DNA of 64,000 bases from Candidatus Poribacteria bacterium (GTDB lineage: Bacteria > Poribacteria > WGA-4E > PCPOR2b): the NCBI GenBank assembly GCA_965208325.1, contig OZ242326.1, positions 4,368,153 through 4,432,152 of the forward strand. The letters run 5' to 3'. Shown piece by piece: positions 37,347 to 46,783 of the stretch (its first letter is position 1; the number at the start of each line of letters is the position of its first letter). Below the pieces are notes generated by a model. That model was not told the origin of the DNA and did no database searches. It saw only the letters and a list, made by a program, of their open reading frames with translations. A program made the position numbers and the translations under genes.

Positions 37347-39343
37347 GTTCTTGTAGGTTGGGTTACGCTAGATTGTAGGGAATTCATGATTCATTAAAAC
37401 ACGAAACGCCTGCGTTGTAGCTAACTGTTTCTTAAAACACCACTTAACCCAACCTACAAGAACTGGTGTATTGATTGCGTTCGAGAATTGTCAGTGCGCG
37501 GTGAAACCCAACGCCTTTCAAATCTCGAGAGTGCAGAAAAGCGTTGGGTTTCGCTGCGCATAATTTGGAATTGGGCGTGTTTTGTGTAATGAACGGTCAA
37601 CGCAATTGGAACGGTTTTGGGATAATCCGCTCTACCCAACCTACAAAGACTAGCGTCTTCGGTGCGTGATGAATTCAAATTCTTTACACCTGTCGCCCCG
37701 CTGGGGCTTCGGCATTAGTGAGTTGGTGCGCATTTTGTAGGTTGGGTAGAGCGAGATTATTGAAACATGCGGTTATTAGGCATAGGGCTGGTGTGTTGAT
37801 TGTGTTCAAGAATTGTCAGGCGTAGCGATAGCCAACGCATTTTAAATATCGGGAGTGCAGAAAAGCGTTGGGTTTCGCTGCGCATAATTTGGAATTGGGC
37901 GTGTTTTGTGTACTGAGCTGTCAACGCAATTGGAACGGTTTTGGGATTATCCGCTCTACCCAACCTACAAAGACTAGCGTCTTCGGTGCGTGATGAATTC
38001 AAATTCTTTATACCTGTCGCCCCGCTGGGGCTTTCAATGATTGGAGAATTGTCGTTTCTATACACCTGTCGCCCCTCCGGGGCTTCGGCATTAGTGAGTT
38101 GGTGCGCATTTTGTAGGTTGGGTTGAGCGGGATTGTTGAAACATGCGGTTATTAGGCATAAGGCTGGTGTGTTGATTGTGTTCAAGAATTGTCAGTGCGC
38201 GGTGAAACCCAACGCCTTTTAAATCTCGAGAGGTCAGAAAAGCGTTGGGTTTCGCTACAGGTAATTTGGAATAGGCAATGTTTTGTGTACTGAGCTGTCA
38301 ACGCAATTGGAACGGTTTTGGGATAATCCGCTCTACCCAACCTACAAAGACTAGCGTCTTCGGTGCGTGATAAATTCAAATTCTTTATACCTGTCGCCCG
38401 TCCGGGGCTTCGACATTAGTGAGTTGGTGCGCATTTTGTAGGTTGGGTAGAGCGAGATTATTGAAACATGCGGTTATTAGGCATAGGGCTGGTGTGTTGA
38501 TTGCAATTAAGAATTGGTAGTGCGCGGAGAAACCCAACGCCTTTTAAATCTCGAGAGTGCAGAAAAGCGTTGGGTTTCGCTGCGCACAATTTGGAATTGG
38601 CAGCGTTTTGGGTTGTGAACCGTCAACGGAATTGGAACGGTTTTGGGATTATCCGCTCTACCCAACCTACAAAGACTAGCGTCTTCGGTGCGTGATGAAT
38701 TCAAATTCTTTATACCTGTCGCCCCGCTGGGGCTTCGGCATTAGTGAGTTGGTGCGCATTTTGTAGGTTGGGTAGAGCGGGATTGTTGAAACATGCGGTT
38801 ATTAGGCATAAGGCTGGTGTGTTGATTGTGTTCAAGAATTGTTAGTGCGCGGAGAAACCCAACGCCTTTTAAATCTCGAGAGTGCAGAAAAGCGTTGGGT
38901 TTCGCTGCGCACAATTTGGAATTGGCAGCGTTTTGGGTTGTGAACCGTCAACGGAATTGGAACGGTTTTGGGATTATCCGCTCTACCCAACCTACAAAGA
39001 CTAGCGTCTTCGGTGCGTGATGAATTCAAATTCTTTACACCTGTCGCCCCGCTGGGGCTTCGGCATTAGTGAGTTGGTGCGCATTTTGTAGGTTGGGTAG
39101 AGCGAGATTATTGAAACATGTGGTTATTAGGCATAAGGCTGGTGTGTTGATTGCAATTAAGAATTGGTAGTGCGCGGTGAAACCCAACGCCTTTTAAATC
39201 TCGAGAGTGCAGAAAAGCGTTGGGTTTCGCTACAGGTAATTTGGAATAGGCAATGTTTTGTGTACTGAGCTGTCAACGCAATTGGAACGGTTTTGGTATA
39301 ATCCGCTCTACCCAACCTACAAAGATTACAAAGTCTACAAAGA
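37347..39343 (+). repeat. Tandem array of a ~325-bp nested-palindrome unit (1 partial and 5 full units plus a terminal half-site)
   Basis: CTCTACCCAACCTACAAAGA occurs at 37630, 37954, 38331, 38656, 38981 and 39306, with spacings of 324, 377, 325, 325 and 325. A leading inverted pair, GTTCTTGTAGGTTGGGTTA (37347) ... TAACCCAACCTACAAGAAC (37445), precedes the array. No credible ORF is present. Confidence 0.95.
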
Positions 39344-39415
39344 CATGAAAATAGAAACGCAATGGAAATGCGGTAAAAATCTGTTTTGCCGAGTGCACAA
39401 GGAGGCGGGACGCCT

Positions 39416-41098
39416 ATGAACGCTGCGGTAATTGCGGTTGTTGTGTTGATTCTGTATTTTTTGGGGTACCGTTACTACTCGAAGTTTCTCTCCGAGAAGA
39501 TTTTTCGGCTTTCTGACGATGAACCGATGCCCTCGCATGAGCTCGAAGACGGCGTGGATTATGTTCCGACTAACAAACACGTCCTGTTTGGGCACCACTT
39601 CTCGTCGATTGCCGGCGCCGCGCCGATTATCGGACCCGCGATTGCCGTGTTTTGGGGCTGGCTGCCTGCGATTCTCTGGGTGGTGCTCGGAACAATTTTT
39701 ATGGGTGCGGTGCACGATTTCAGTGCGCTCGTGGTCTCCGCCCGGCGGAAGGGGCGGTCCGTCGGAGACCTCGCCGGGTTGCTGGTGAATTCCCGCGCAA
39801 GAACGCTGTTTCTGATAATCGTCTACTTCTTGATTTTTTTCGTCCTGGCGGTCTTCGCATACGCCATCGCCAGCCTGTTCGTCAAATATCCGACAAGTGT
39901 GCTGCCCATTAATTTCGAGATTGCCGTGGCGCTCGCTATCGGTTTTCTGCTCTATCGAAAAGGGATTCCGCTGCTCTGGCCGTCCATAATTGCGCTGCTC
40001 ATGCTTTATGTCATGGTCTGGGTGGGGACACGCGTGCCGATACCGATGCCCGAAATCATGGGCAGCCAAAAGGTGACGTGGATTATCTTGCTGCTGGGCT
40101 ACTCATTCGTTGCGTCGGTATTGCCGGTGTGGTTGCTGCTGCAGCCGCGCGACTATATCAACTCCCACCAACTCTTCGTCGGGTTGGCGGTGATGTTCTT
40201 GGGGCTGATGGTGGCGCATCCGACGATGCAGGCGCCGGCAATCAACCCCAACCCCGACGGCGCTGTTCCGATGTTTCCGTTCATCTTTGTAACCATCGCG
40301 TGCGGCGCAATCAGCGGGTTTCACGGGCTGGTTTCGAGCGGCACCACATCGAAGCAATTGGATAAAATGACGCACGCGCGGCACGTCGGATACGGCGGAA
40401 TGTTGGGCGAGGGAACGTTGGCGATGTTCGCCACGCTCGCGGTGGCTGCGGGGTTGAGCCGCAGCGAGTGGCTCACGCACTACCACGATTGGCATGCGGC
40501 GAGCAGCGGCGGCATCACCAATTTCGTGCTCGGCGCTTCCACGTTCTTGCAGGCGCTGAAGATTCCCGAACTTTTGGCGAACACGTTTATTAGCGTCATC
40601 GTCATCAGTTTCGCCGCGACGTCGCTCGATACCGGCACGCGAATTCAGCGCCTGATCGTCGGCGAACTCGGCGCGGCGTATAAGATAAAGGGGTTCCAAA
40701 ACCGCTACATCGGCGCGGCGCTGGCGGTTGTGCCCAGCCTGCTGCTGGCGCTGCTCGTTGAAGCGCCGAACCTCGGACCCGGTTCAGGCGGTTTCCTGCT
40801 CTGGCCGCTGTTCGGTGCGAGCAACCAGCTCGTCGGCGGGTTGACGCTGCTGGTGGCAACGATTTTCCTCTGGAAATCGGGACGCCCCATCATCTATACG
40901 TTGATACCGATGTTCTTCCTGATATGCATGACGACGGGCGCCATGATACTGAACTTTAAGTCGTTCTGGCATAACCCGCTGCTGCTCGTCCTCTCCGCGA
41001 TAATTCTGGCGCTCGAGGTCTGGTTGATTTTGGAGGCGGTTGCCGTGTTCAAGAGCCGGCGCGGCGGCGCAAGCGGCGTCCCGCAAGAGGCGGATTAG
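39416..41098 (+). CDS. cstA: Carbon starvation protein A (peptide/pyruvate transporter family)
   Basis: ATG at 39416 with AAGGAGG 10 nt upstream. Sequence MNAAVIAVVVLILYFLGYRYYSKFL...FGHHFSSIAGAAPIIGPAIAVFWGWLPA is a typical CstA N-terminus. About 560 aa, polytopic. Confidence 0.92.
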   Translation: MNAAVIAVVVLILYFLGYRYYSKFLSEKIFRLSDDEPMPSHELEDGVDYVPTNKHVLFGHHFSSIAGAAPIIGPAIAVFWGWLPAILWVVLGTIFMGAVHDFSALVVSARRKGRSVGDLAGLLVNSRARTLFLIIVYFLIFFVLAVFAYAIASLFVKYPTSVLPINFEIAVALAIGFLLYRKGIPLLWPSIIALLMLYVMVWVGTRVPIPMPEIMGSQKVTWIILLLGYSFVASVLPVWLLLQPRDYINSHQLFVGLAVMFLGLMVAHPTMQAPAINPNPDGAVPMFPFIFVTIACGAISGFHGLVSSGTTSKQLDKMTHARHVGYGGMLGEGTLAMFATLAVAAGLSRSEWLTHYHDWHAASSGGITNFVLGASTFLQALKIPELLANTFISVIVISFAATSLDTGTRIQRLIVGELGAAYKIKGFQNRYIGAALAVVPSLLLALLVEAPNLGPGSGGFLLWPLFGASNQLVGGLTLLVATIFLWKSGRPIIYTLIPMFFLICMTTGAMILNFKSFWHNPLLLVLSAIILALEVWLILEAVAVFKSRRGGASGVPQEAD

Positions 41099-41192
41099 TG
41101 ACTTTCCTGACAATTTGAGAATAGCATCGGTACTAAATTTGTGACATTAGGATGGGATTGCCGATTCTTCAACGGATTCAAGGAGGATGAAA

Positions 41193-42656
41193 ATGAAAAG
41201 ACTGTGTGTGATAAATATCGCATTGATCGTTGTGTTTTTATTCAGTGCTATGTTTAGTGTCGAATCCGCAAGCGCGGATCATGATCCGGTTATTGATAAC
41301 GACAAGGAAGCCCCGGATTTTTCGCTGCCGGACACGAATAATCGAAACGTGACCCTAAGCGAGCATGAGGGGAAGGAGAACATCGTCCTGGTCTTTTACC
41401 GAGGGCAGTGGTGACCGTCCTGTATTGACCAGCTCGTTGAGCTGCAGCCGCATTACACCCGCGTTCGCGAACTCGGCGCCGAAATGTATGCCATCAGCGT
41501 GGACAAACACGCCGACTCGATACGCGTGCTCGTGCAAGGGAACAACAGACACAATACTAAAGTGACGTTTCCTATTCTATCAGACATTGGTGATGGAGAT
41601 GTGAGAAACGGTACCAAAGCTGCAACCATTAAGAATTACGATATCTTTGATGCGAACATCAGTGGCGCTAAACCCGCTACTTTCATTGTCGACAGAGACG
41701 GTATTATTCGTTGGCATGAGGTAGGCAGCAAAAATCATCGGGTAAATTTCAGTACCGTGATCGACGTGCTTGAGGACCTTAGCGAACCACCGAACACTGC
41801 GCCTGTGATTAAAGGAAGGATTTCGGATCTCTCTGTCCGATCCGATGAACGGCTAGTCTTCGATCTGTCCCCTCACGCGTCCGATGCGGAGGAGTCGCCG
41901 GGCAGCCTGCGGTGGGAAGTGGAGCCAACGAAAACCGAGTATTTTACCGCTGAAATCAACGGCCATCAACTCACAATCACTCCGTTCCCGGACGAATACG
42001 GTGAGAGAAGCATTACATTGAGGCTTTTTGATTCCGCCGGTGACATGGATTCGCAATCGCTGCTCGTCAGGGTCATCCCGGGACCGAATGTCCAGAAAAC
42101 GATTCGCTTGACTGTCCACGACGGGTTAAACCTGATGCACCTTCCGATCAACGTGAAAACCGTCAACGGCGCGCCGGGGACTATCACCCGAATCAGCGAC
42201 CTTTACGAGGTGCTCGGCGGGGCCGCGAATGTCCACTGGCTGGTAACGAGTTCCCCGGGCAAGCCGGGAGGGGAAAACGAGTTGAAACCGTATTTCGGGG
42301 GCGTGAACGATTCAAGCATAGATGCCGAAACGGGCATATTCGCCGCGCTCAAAGCGCCGAGAACACTGCATCTTGTCGGTACTCTGCTCAATGCGCCGCT
42401 TCACCTCAATCCGGGTTGGAACATCGTGGGCATCCCGCACTACGACAGCGGTATTTTTCTTCTCAGCGACCTGGCTTGGATAAACGAGATTCAGGGCAAC
42501 GCGTCCCAAATTGCGGTATTCGAAGATGGTAAATTTTATGCGAATGCGCCAAGCGACATTATCAAAAGCACCCAGTCCGACAGGAGATTAGAAACGGGGC
42601 AGGCGATCCTGATAGAAATGACGGGCGCCGCAAGGATAACGCTGCCGTTGAAATAA
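41193..42656 (+). CDS. Secreted peroxiredoxin-like (AhpC/TSA, PRX-like CxxC type) protein with probable selenocysteine at TGA 41412..41414, plus a large C-terminal extension
   Basis: ORFs 41187..41414 and 41484..42656 share one frame and are separated only by a single TGA. Read-through gives NIVLVFYRGQW-U-PSCIDQLVELQ, so the TGA sits at the first Cys of the redox-active WCxxC motif. A signal peptide is present, and a hairpin lies 15 nt downstream of the TGA. AAGGAGG favours the ATG at 41193. Confidence 0.65.
41430..41444 (+). promoter_or_regulatory. Candidate bacterial SECIS hairpin
   Basis: CAGCTC-GTT-GAGCTG, a perfect 6-bp stem with G and U in the loop. The loop G lies 21 nt after the UGA, inside the spacing window I recall for bacterial SECIS elements. 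Confidence 0.4.
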
Positions 42657-42699
42657 GTTGGCTCCCTGAATCATATCTCTGAATCGGGTCACTCCGCTA

Positions 42700-43731
42700 A
42701 TGAACCCAACCCAAATCTCAAGCACTATTCGCGAGGGTATAGCGGACCGCGTCTTCCCCGGCGCGGTGGCTTACATCGTCGAAAGCGGCAACTTATCCTA
42801 TTACGAAGCATTCGGGAACCGGATGATTCAACCGGATGTTAAGCCGATGCACCGCGGCACAATCTTCGATATCGCATCGCTCACCAAACCCATGGTCATC
42901 TCGACGCTCGCCCTGCGCCTCGTCGAGTCCGGCGGCATCGATCTGCGCGCCCCCGTCCGAGACCGCCTCCCCGAATTTTCGCATCCGGAGGTGACGGTTT
43001 ACCACCTGCTGACGCACACCTCCGGACTGCCGGCGTGGCGGCCGCTGTATCTGGATACCGCATCCAAAGAGGACGTTGTTAAACATCTGGGGCAGATGCG
43101 GCTGGAACAGCCGCTGGGCGCGAAAGTCGAATACAGTTGCCTTGGCTATATCCTGCTCGGCGCGCTCATTGAACGCGCCGCGGGGAATTCGCTCGACCGC
43201 TTGGCTGACGAACAGATTTTTCAGCCGCTTGGAATGTCAGAAACGCGGTATAATCCGCCGGAATCGTGGATAGACTGTATCGCCGCGACGGAAGATTCCA
43301 ACAGCTTTGAAAAACGCATTGCCGACCATCGCCGCTACGACTGGCGGGAGGGGGTGAACGTTGGCGCGGTGCACGACGAGAATGCCCATTATCTCGGCGG
43401 CGTGTCGGGAAACGCGGGCTTATTCTCAACGGCTGAGGACGTTTCGAAATATTGCCGCATGATAATTGACGGCGGAGACGGCGTGTTGACGGAGCAGGGC
43501 GTGGCGCAGATGTCAGCGGTTCAAACGAAGGGATTGAATGAATCGCGCAGTGTGGGTTGGATTATCTTGGAGGACGGCTCGCTCTACCACACCGGATTCA
43601 CCGGAACTTCGATCCGAATCAATTTGCAAAGCAGGTCATTTGCCGTTTTGTTGACGAACCGCGTTCACCCGAGCGCATTCGGTCCCAGCATGGTGGAATT
43701 TCGCGCCAAATTTCATCAGGAAATTTTTTGA
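42700..43731 (+). CDS. Serine hydrolase of the beta-lactamase / penicillin-binding (class C-like) family
   Basis: 343 aa with the active-site S-x-x-K in FDIASLTKPMV. The later GFTGTS motif is typical of this family. Confidence 0.85.
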   Translation: MNPTQISSTIREGIADRVFPGAVAYIVESGNLSYYEAFGNRMIQPDVKPMHRGTIFDIASLTKPMVISTLALRLVESGGIDLRAPVRDRLPEFSHPEVTVYHLLTHTSGLPAWRPLYLDTASKEDVVKHLGQMRLEQPLGAKVEYSCLGYILLGALIERAAGNSLDRLADEQIFQPLGMSETRYNPPESWIDCIAATEDSNSFEKRIADHRRYDWREGVNVGAVHDENAHYLGGVSGNAGLFSTAEDVSKYCRMIIDGGDGVLTEQGVAQMSAVQTKGLNESRSVGWIILEDGSLYHTGFTGTSIRINLQSRSFAVLLTNRVHPSAFGPSMVEFRAKFHQEIF

Positions 43732-43834
43732 TATTGCGGTTACTACAATCATTTCAAGTAAGGAAGAGTGTCCGTAAAATTTGGACGTCTATTATTGATT
43801 CCGAGATAGTGGTAGAGCGAGGTTCGAGCGGTGA

Positions 43835-44376
43835 GCGGGGCAAGATGCCCCGCCTACAAGGCGTGGTGGGGTACGGGGTGGCAAGATGCCCGCCTACAGG
43901 GCGTGGTGGTACACGCGGGGCAAGATGCCCCGCCTACAAGGCGTGGTGGGGTACGGGGTGGCAAGATGCCCCGCCTACGGAGGGTGGGGTGATGATTTAC
44001 GCGGGGCAAGATGCCCCGCCTACAAGGCATGGTGGCACGCTAGGGTTGGGGGAGGCAAGATGCCCGCCTAGGGAGGGTGGGGTGATAGTTTACACGGGGC
44101 AATGAAGATCTCTAGCGCACTCGTTATTCAGTCGCTTGATTTCAGCCTACTGAGGGTAGTGGGATACTTAATGCCTGCCGCCCCTCTGGGGCTATTGATG
44201 TAGGGTGAATTGATGTTGCTATATACCTATCGCCCCTCTGGGGCTTTCGATTTAGGTGAAATAATGATTTTATAATCCTGAGAATCTCAATTGTACTCGC
44301 AATTCACCCGCTCGATCCCGCGCTGGCGCTTTGGCTTATGACAACTGGTGCTGTAAAATATGAACTTTCAAACAGG
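43835..44376 (+). mobile_element. MITE-like element, copy 3 (left arm missing, about 6 degenerate hairpin repeats, extra hairpin modules)
   Basis: GGGGCAAGATGCCCCGCC hairpins run from 43837 to about 44097 with about 40/80-bp periodicity. The right arm (GAAGATCTCTAGCGCACTCGTTATTCAGTCGCTTGATT ... AAATATGAACTTTCAAACAGG, ending at 44376) is homologous to copy 2. Confidence 0.5.
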
Positions 44377-44415
44377 TTTTAAGAAAATCCTTGAATAATT
44401 GAAGGAGAATTAATA

Positions 44416-46701
44416 ATGTTCTCAAAAGCGGCAGAACTCGCCCGATCAAAACTGGGCGGTTCGGCTTCGGATCCAGGTTCGGGGCACGGCTTCGGCACGG
44501 CGCCGGTCTTCCTCGCCTCGGTGAGCACCATTCTCGGCGCGATTCTCTTTTTGCGGTTCGGTTACGCTGTGGCGCACGTCGGGCTGGGGCTGACGCTTGT
44601 AGTTATTGCCCTCGGCCATTTTGTGACTATTCCCACGGTTCTGGCGGTGTCCGAAATTGCCACGAACCGGCGGGTGGCGGGCGGCGGCGCGTACTTCATC
44701 GTTAGCCGCTCATTCGGCATGAGCATCGGCGGCGCGATCGGCATTGCGCTTTATCTTTCCCAAGCGATTTCGGTGGCGTTCTACATGGTAGCTTTCGCCG
44801 AAGCCTTTAAGCCGGTGTATCAATTGGCTGCGGAAGCGGAGACGATTAAATGGATTGATAAGGTGTCCGACCCCCGCTGGGTTAGCCTCCCCTTTACATG
44901 CCTGCTCATCGCTCTCATGCTAACGCGAGGCGCCAACCTGGGTGTGCGTGCACTGTGGGCTGTGTGCTGCCTGCTTGCAGCGGCAATTGCCGCATTCCTG
45001 CTAGGAAAACCCCCCGACGGCACGGAGCTAAACGGCCTCAACGTGACGGCGCGTATTGATAAAAACGACGGTTTCGGTACAGTTTTCGCCATATGTTTCC
45101 CGGCGTTCACGGGGATGATTGCGGGCTTGGGGCTATCGGGGGACCTGAAGAACCCTCAACGCAGCATACCGCTCGGTACCATCGGGGCAACGTTTGCTGG
45201 AATGGTAATTTACACTTTGGTCGCCGTAAAACTTGCACTAAGCGCGACGCCCGAAGACCTCGCGGAGGATTATTTCATCATGGCAAAGATTGCCATCTGG
45301 CCACCCATAATATACATCGGGTTAGCCGCAGCGGCGCTGTCGTCCGCACTCGGCTCTATCATGGTGGCGCCGAGAACACTGCAAGCGCTGGCACGCGACA
45401 ACGTGTTGCCGATTCCCAAACTGAATCGCCTTTTGGAAAAGGGGTTGGGCAAGGCGCAGGAGCCGTTTTATGCGACTTGCGTGTCGGGCGCGATTGCAAT
45501 CGTATTCGTGGTTCTAGGCGGTGTGGACACTATCGCCCGGATTCTTACGATGTTCTTCATGGTGACGTACGGCGCGCTCTGTGCGGTGTCGTTCCTCGAA
45601 TACTTCTCGGGCAACCCGTCGTACCGCCCGACATTCCACACTCGCTGGTATTTATCGCTGCTCGGCGCGGTGATGTGTGGTTTGATGATGATTCGGATAG
45701 ACATTCTTTACACGATTCTCGCACTGCTTCTGATGATAGCGGTATATATCGGGCTGCGGCGCAGCCGACACGGGCAGCGCGACTTGACAGCGATTTTTCA
45801 AGGGACGATGTTCCAGCTTACGCGGCGGCTGCAGATTTTCCTGCAGAAGAGCCGCGCTATCTCCACTAAAGACGGATGGCGGCCGTCAATTGTCGCAGTG
45901 ACGCGATTCGGCGAACGCCGCCTTGGGCACTTCGACCTGCTCCGATGGATTTGCCACCGGCACGGATTCGGCCAGTTCATCCAGTTCTCGGAGGGTGAAT
46001 ATTCATTTTCGAGCGAGGTTACCGCACGCCTCGGCGTTGACGAGTTGATTCAGCGAACAGAAGTAAGCCGTGCCGGCATCTTTGTCGATTCGCTGATTTG
46101 CCCGTCGTTTCAGCTTGCGATAGCACAAACCCTGCAGATGCCGGGGGTCTCCGGTTTGCCCAACAACTGTGTTTTGCTGGAGTTCCATCAAGATAATCCT
46201 GAAGAGATTAAGGAGGTCGAGCAGGGTGCGCGACTGGCGGCGAATGCGATGTTCAACGTGTTGATTTTGCGATCGACCAAATACCGATTCGGCTACCGGT
46301 CGTCCATTCATGTCTGGGTAACGGAGGATACCTTGGCAAACGCGCCGATGATGTTAATGTTCGCATATATCATTGTCGGCCATCCGGAATGGAAACGCGC
46401 CGAGATTAAGCTATTCGGCTGCTTCGATTCGACGGAAGCCGGGCGTGAGGTAAACAAACTCTCGACGCTCATGACGGAAGGGCGGCTGCCAATCTCGACG
46501 CATAACGTGACGTCCGTATCTTGCAGCCTGGACGAGCTGGAGGAAGAGGTATTCCACCGATCCTCGCAGGCTGACTTGGTAATTGCGGGCTTAAAAGCGG
46601 ACAGCGCCGAACCGCGCCCAGTGGCTGACGCATTGCGGCATTATGAACGCGCGAACGAGGTGCTATTGGTGCATTCCAGCGAGCAGATATCAATCCGATA
46701 A
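44416..46701 (+). CDS. APC-superfamily permease with large cytosolic C-terminal domain (cation:chloride cotransporter / SLC12-like)
   Basis: 761 aa. GAAGGAG lies 8 nt upstream of the ATG. There are about 12 TM helices in the first ~470 aa, then a ~280-aa soluble domain. This architecture is typical of bacterial CCC homologs. Confidence 0.75.
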   Translation: MFSKAAELARSKLGGSASDPGSGHGFGTAPVFLASVSTILGAILFLRFGYAVAHVGLGLTLVVIALGHFVTIPTVLAVSEIATNRRVAGGGAYFIVSRSFGMSIGGAIGIALYLSQAISVAFYMVAFAEAFKPVYQLAAEAETIKWIDKVSDPRWVSLPFTCLLIALMLTRGANLGVRALWAVCCLLAAAIAAFLLGKPPDGTELNGLNVTARIDKNDGFGTVFAICFPAFTGMIAGLGLSGDLKNPQRSIPLGTIGATFAGMVIYTLVAVKLALSATPEDLAEDYFIMAKIAIWPPIIYIGLAAAALSSALGSIMVAPRTLQALARDNVLPIPKLNRLLEKGLGKAQEPFYATCVSGAIAIVFVVLGGVDTIARILTMFFMVTYGALCAVSFLEYFSGNPSYRPTFHTRWYLSLLGAVMCGLMMIRIDILYTILALLLMIAVYIGLRRSRHGQRDLTAIFQGTMFQLTRRLQIFLQKSRAISTKDGWRPSIVAVTRFGERRLGHFDLLRWICHRHGFGQFIQFSEGEYSFSSEVTARLGVDELIQRTEVSRAGIFVDSLICPSFQLAIAQTLQMPGVSGLPNNCVLLEFHQDNPEEIKEVEQGARLAANAMFNVLILRSTKYRFGYRSSIHVWVTEDTLANAPMMLMFAYIIVGHPEWKRAEIKLFGCFDSTEAGREVNKLSTLMTEGRLPISTHNVTSVSCSLDELEEEVFHRSSQADLVIAGLKADSAEPRPVADALRHYERANEVLLVHSSEQISIR

Positions 46702-46783
46702 CCGGAACCGCCTTTCAATTTTAATGCCATGATTAAGGAATAACTTCGCTACTCATATTTGGCTATTTTTGCTGAAATCACCA

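Noticed and set aside
37454-39029. Repeated 65-142-aa minus-strand ORFs inside the 325-bp array (MNSSRTEDASLCRLGRAD...).
   Set aside because: They recur only because the DNA unit recurs. They have no ribosome-binding sites, differ in start and end between units, have low-complexity content, and run through the palindromic arms. I treat them as non-coding.
37347-39343. The array could be an integron cassette array (CALIN), because ACCCAAC and GTTGGGT fit the attC inverse-core and core consensus RYYYAAC / GTTRRRY.
   Set aside because: - Only a 7-mer matches.
- In the inner hairpin the boxes sit near the loop instead of at the stem base.
- The stems are perfectly paired, without the usual unpaired spacer or extrahelical bases.
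- The 'cassettes' would be only 130-190 bp and ORF-free.
- No intI gene is in the window.

It is still worth one HattCI or IntegronFinder run, but I consider it unlikely.
37347-39416. The array could encode a CsrB/Rsm-like sponge RNA, since it sits next to cstA, a classic CsrA target in E. coli.
   Set aside because: Counting GGA in one unit gives about 6 per 325 nt. That is about the random expectation (~5) and far from the density in CsrB or RsmZ. The GGA sites are also not consistently placed in hairpin loops.
39335-41113. Minus-strand ORFs antisense to cstA (244, 198 and 109 aa). Similar Arg-rich alternative-frame ORFs occur inside atpD (25832..26332), atpB (33740..34237) and the permease (36027..36440).
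   Set aside because: They are Arg/His/Gln-rich antisense or off-frame shadows of strongly supported genes, with no independent evidence.
41412-41484. The peroxiredoxin-like gene could be a frameshifted or nonsense pseudogene, or two separate genes.
   Set aside because: - Both ORFs share one frame, with a single TGA and no other lesion.
- The stop falls exactly on the redox Cys codon.
- The 23 codons between the TGA and the second ORF's ATG continue the redoxin fold (PSCIDQLVELQ...).
- A hairpin follows at SECIS-like spacing.

A recent TGC/TGT-to-TGA nonsense mutation cannot be fully excluded without the Sec machinery or homologs.
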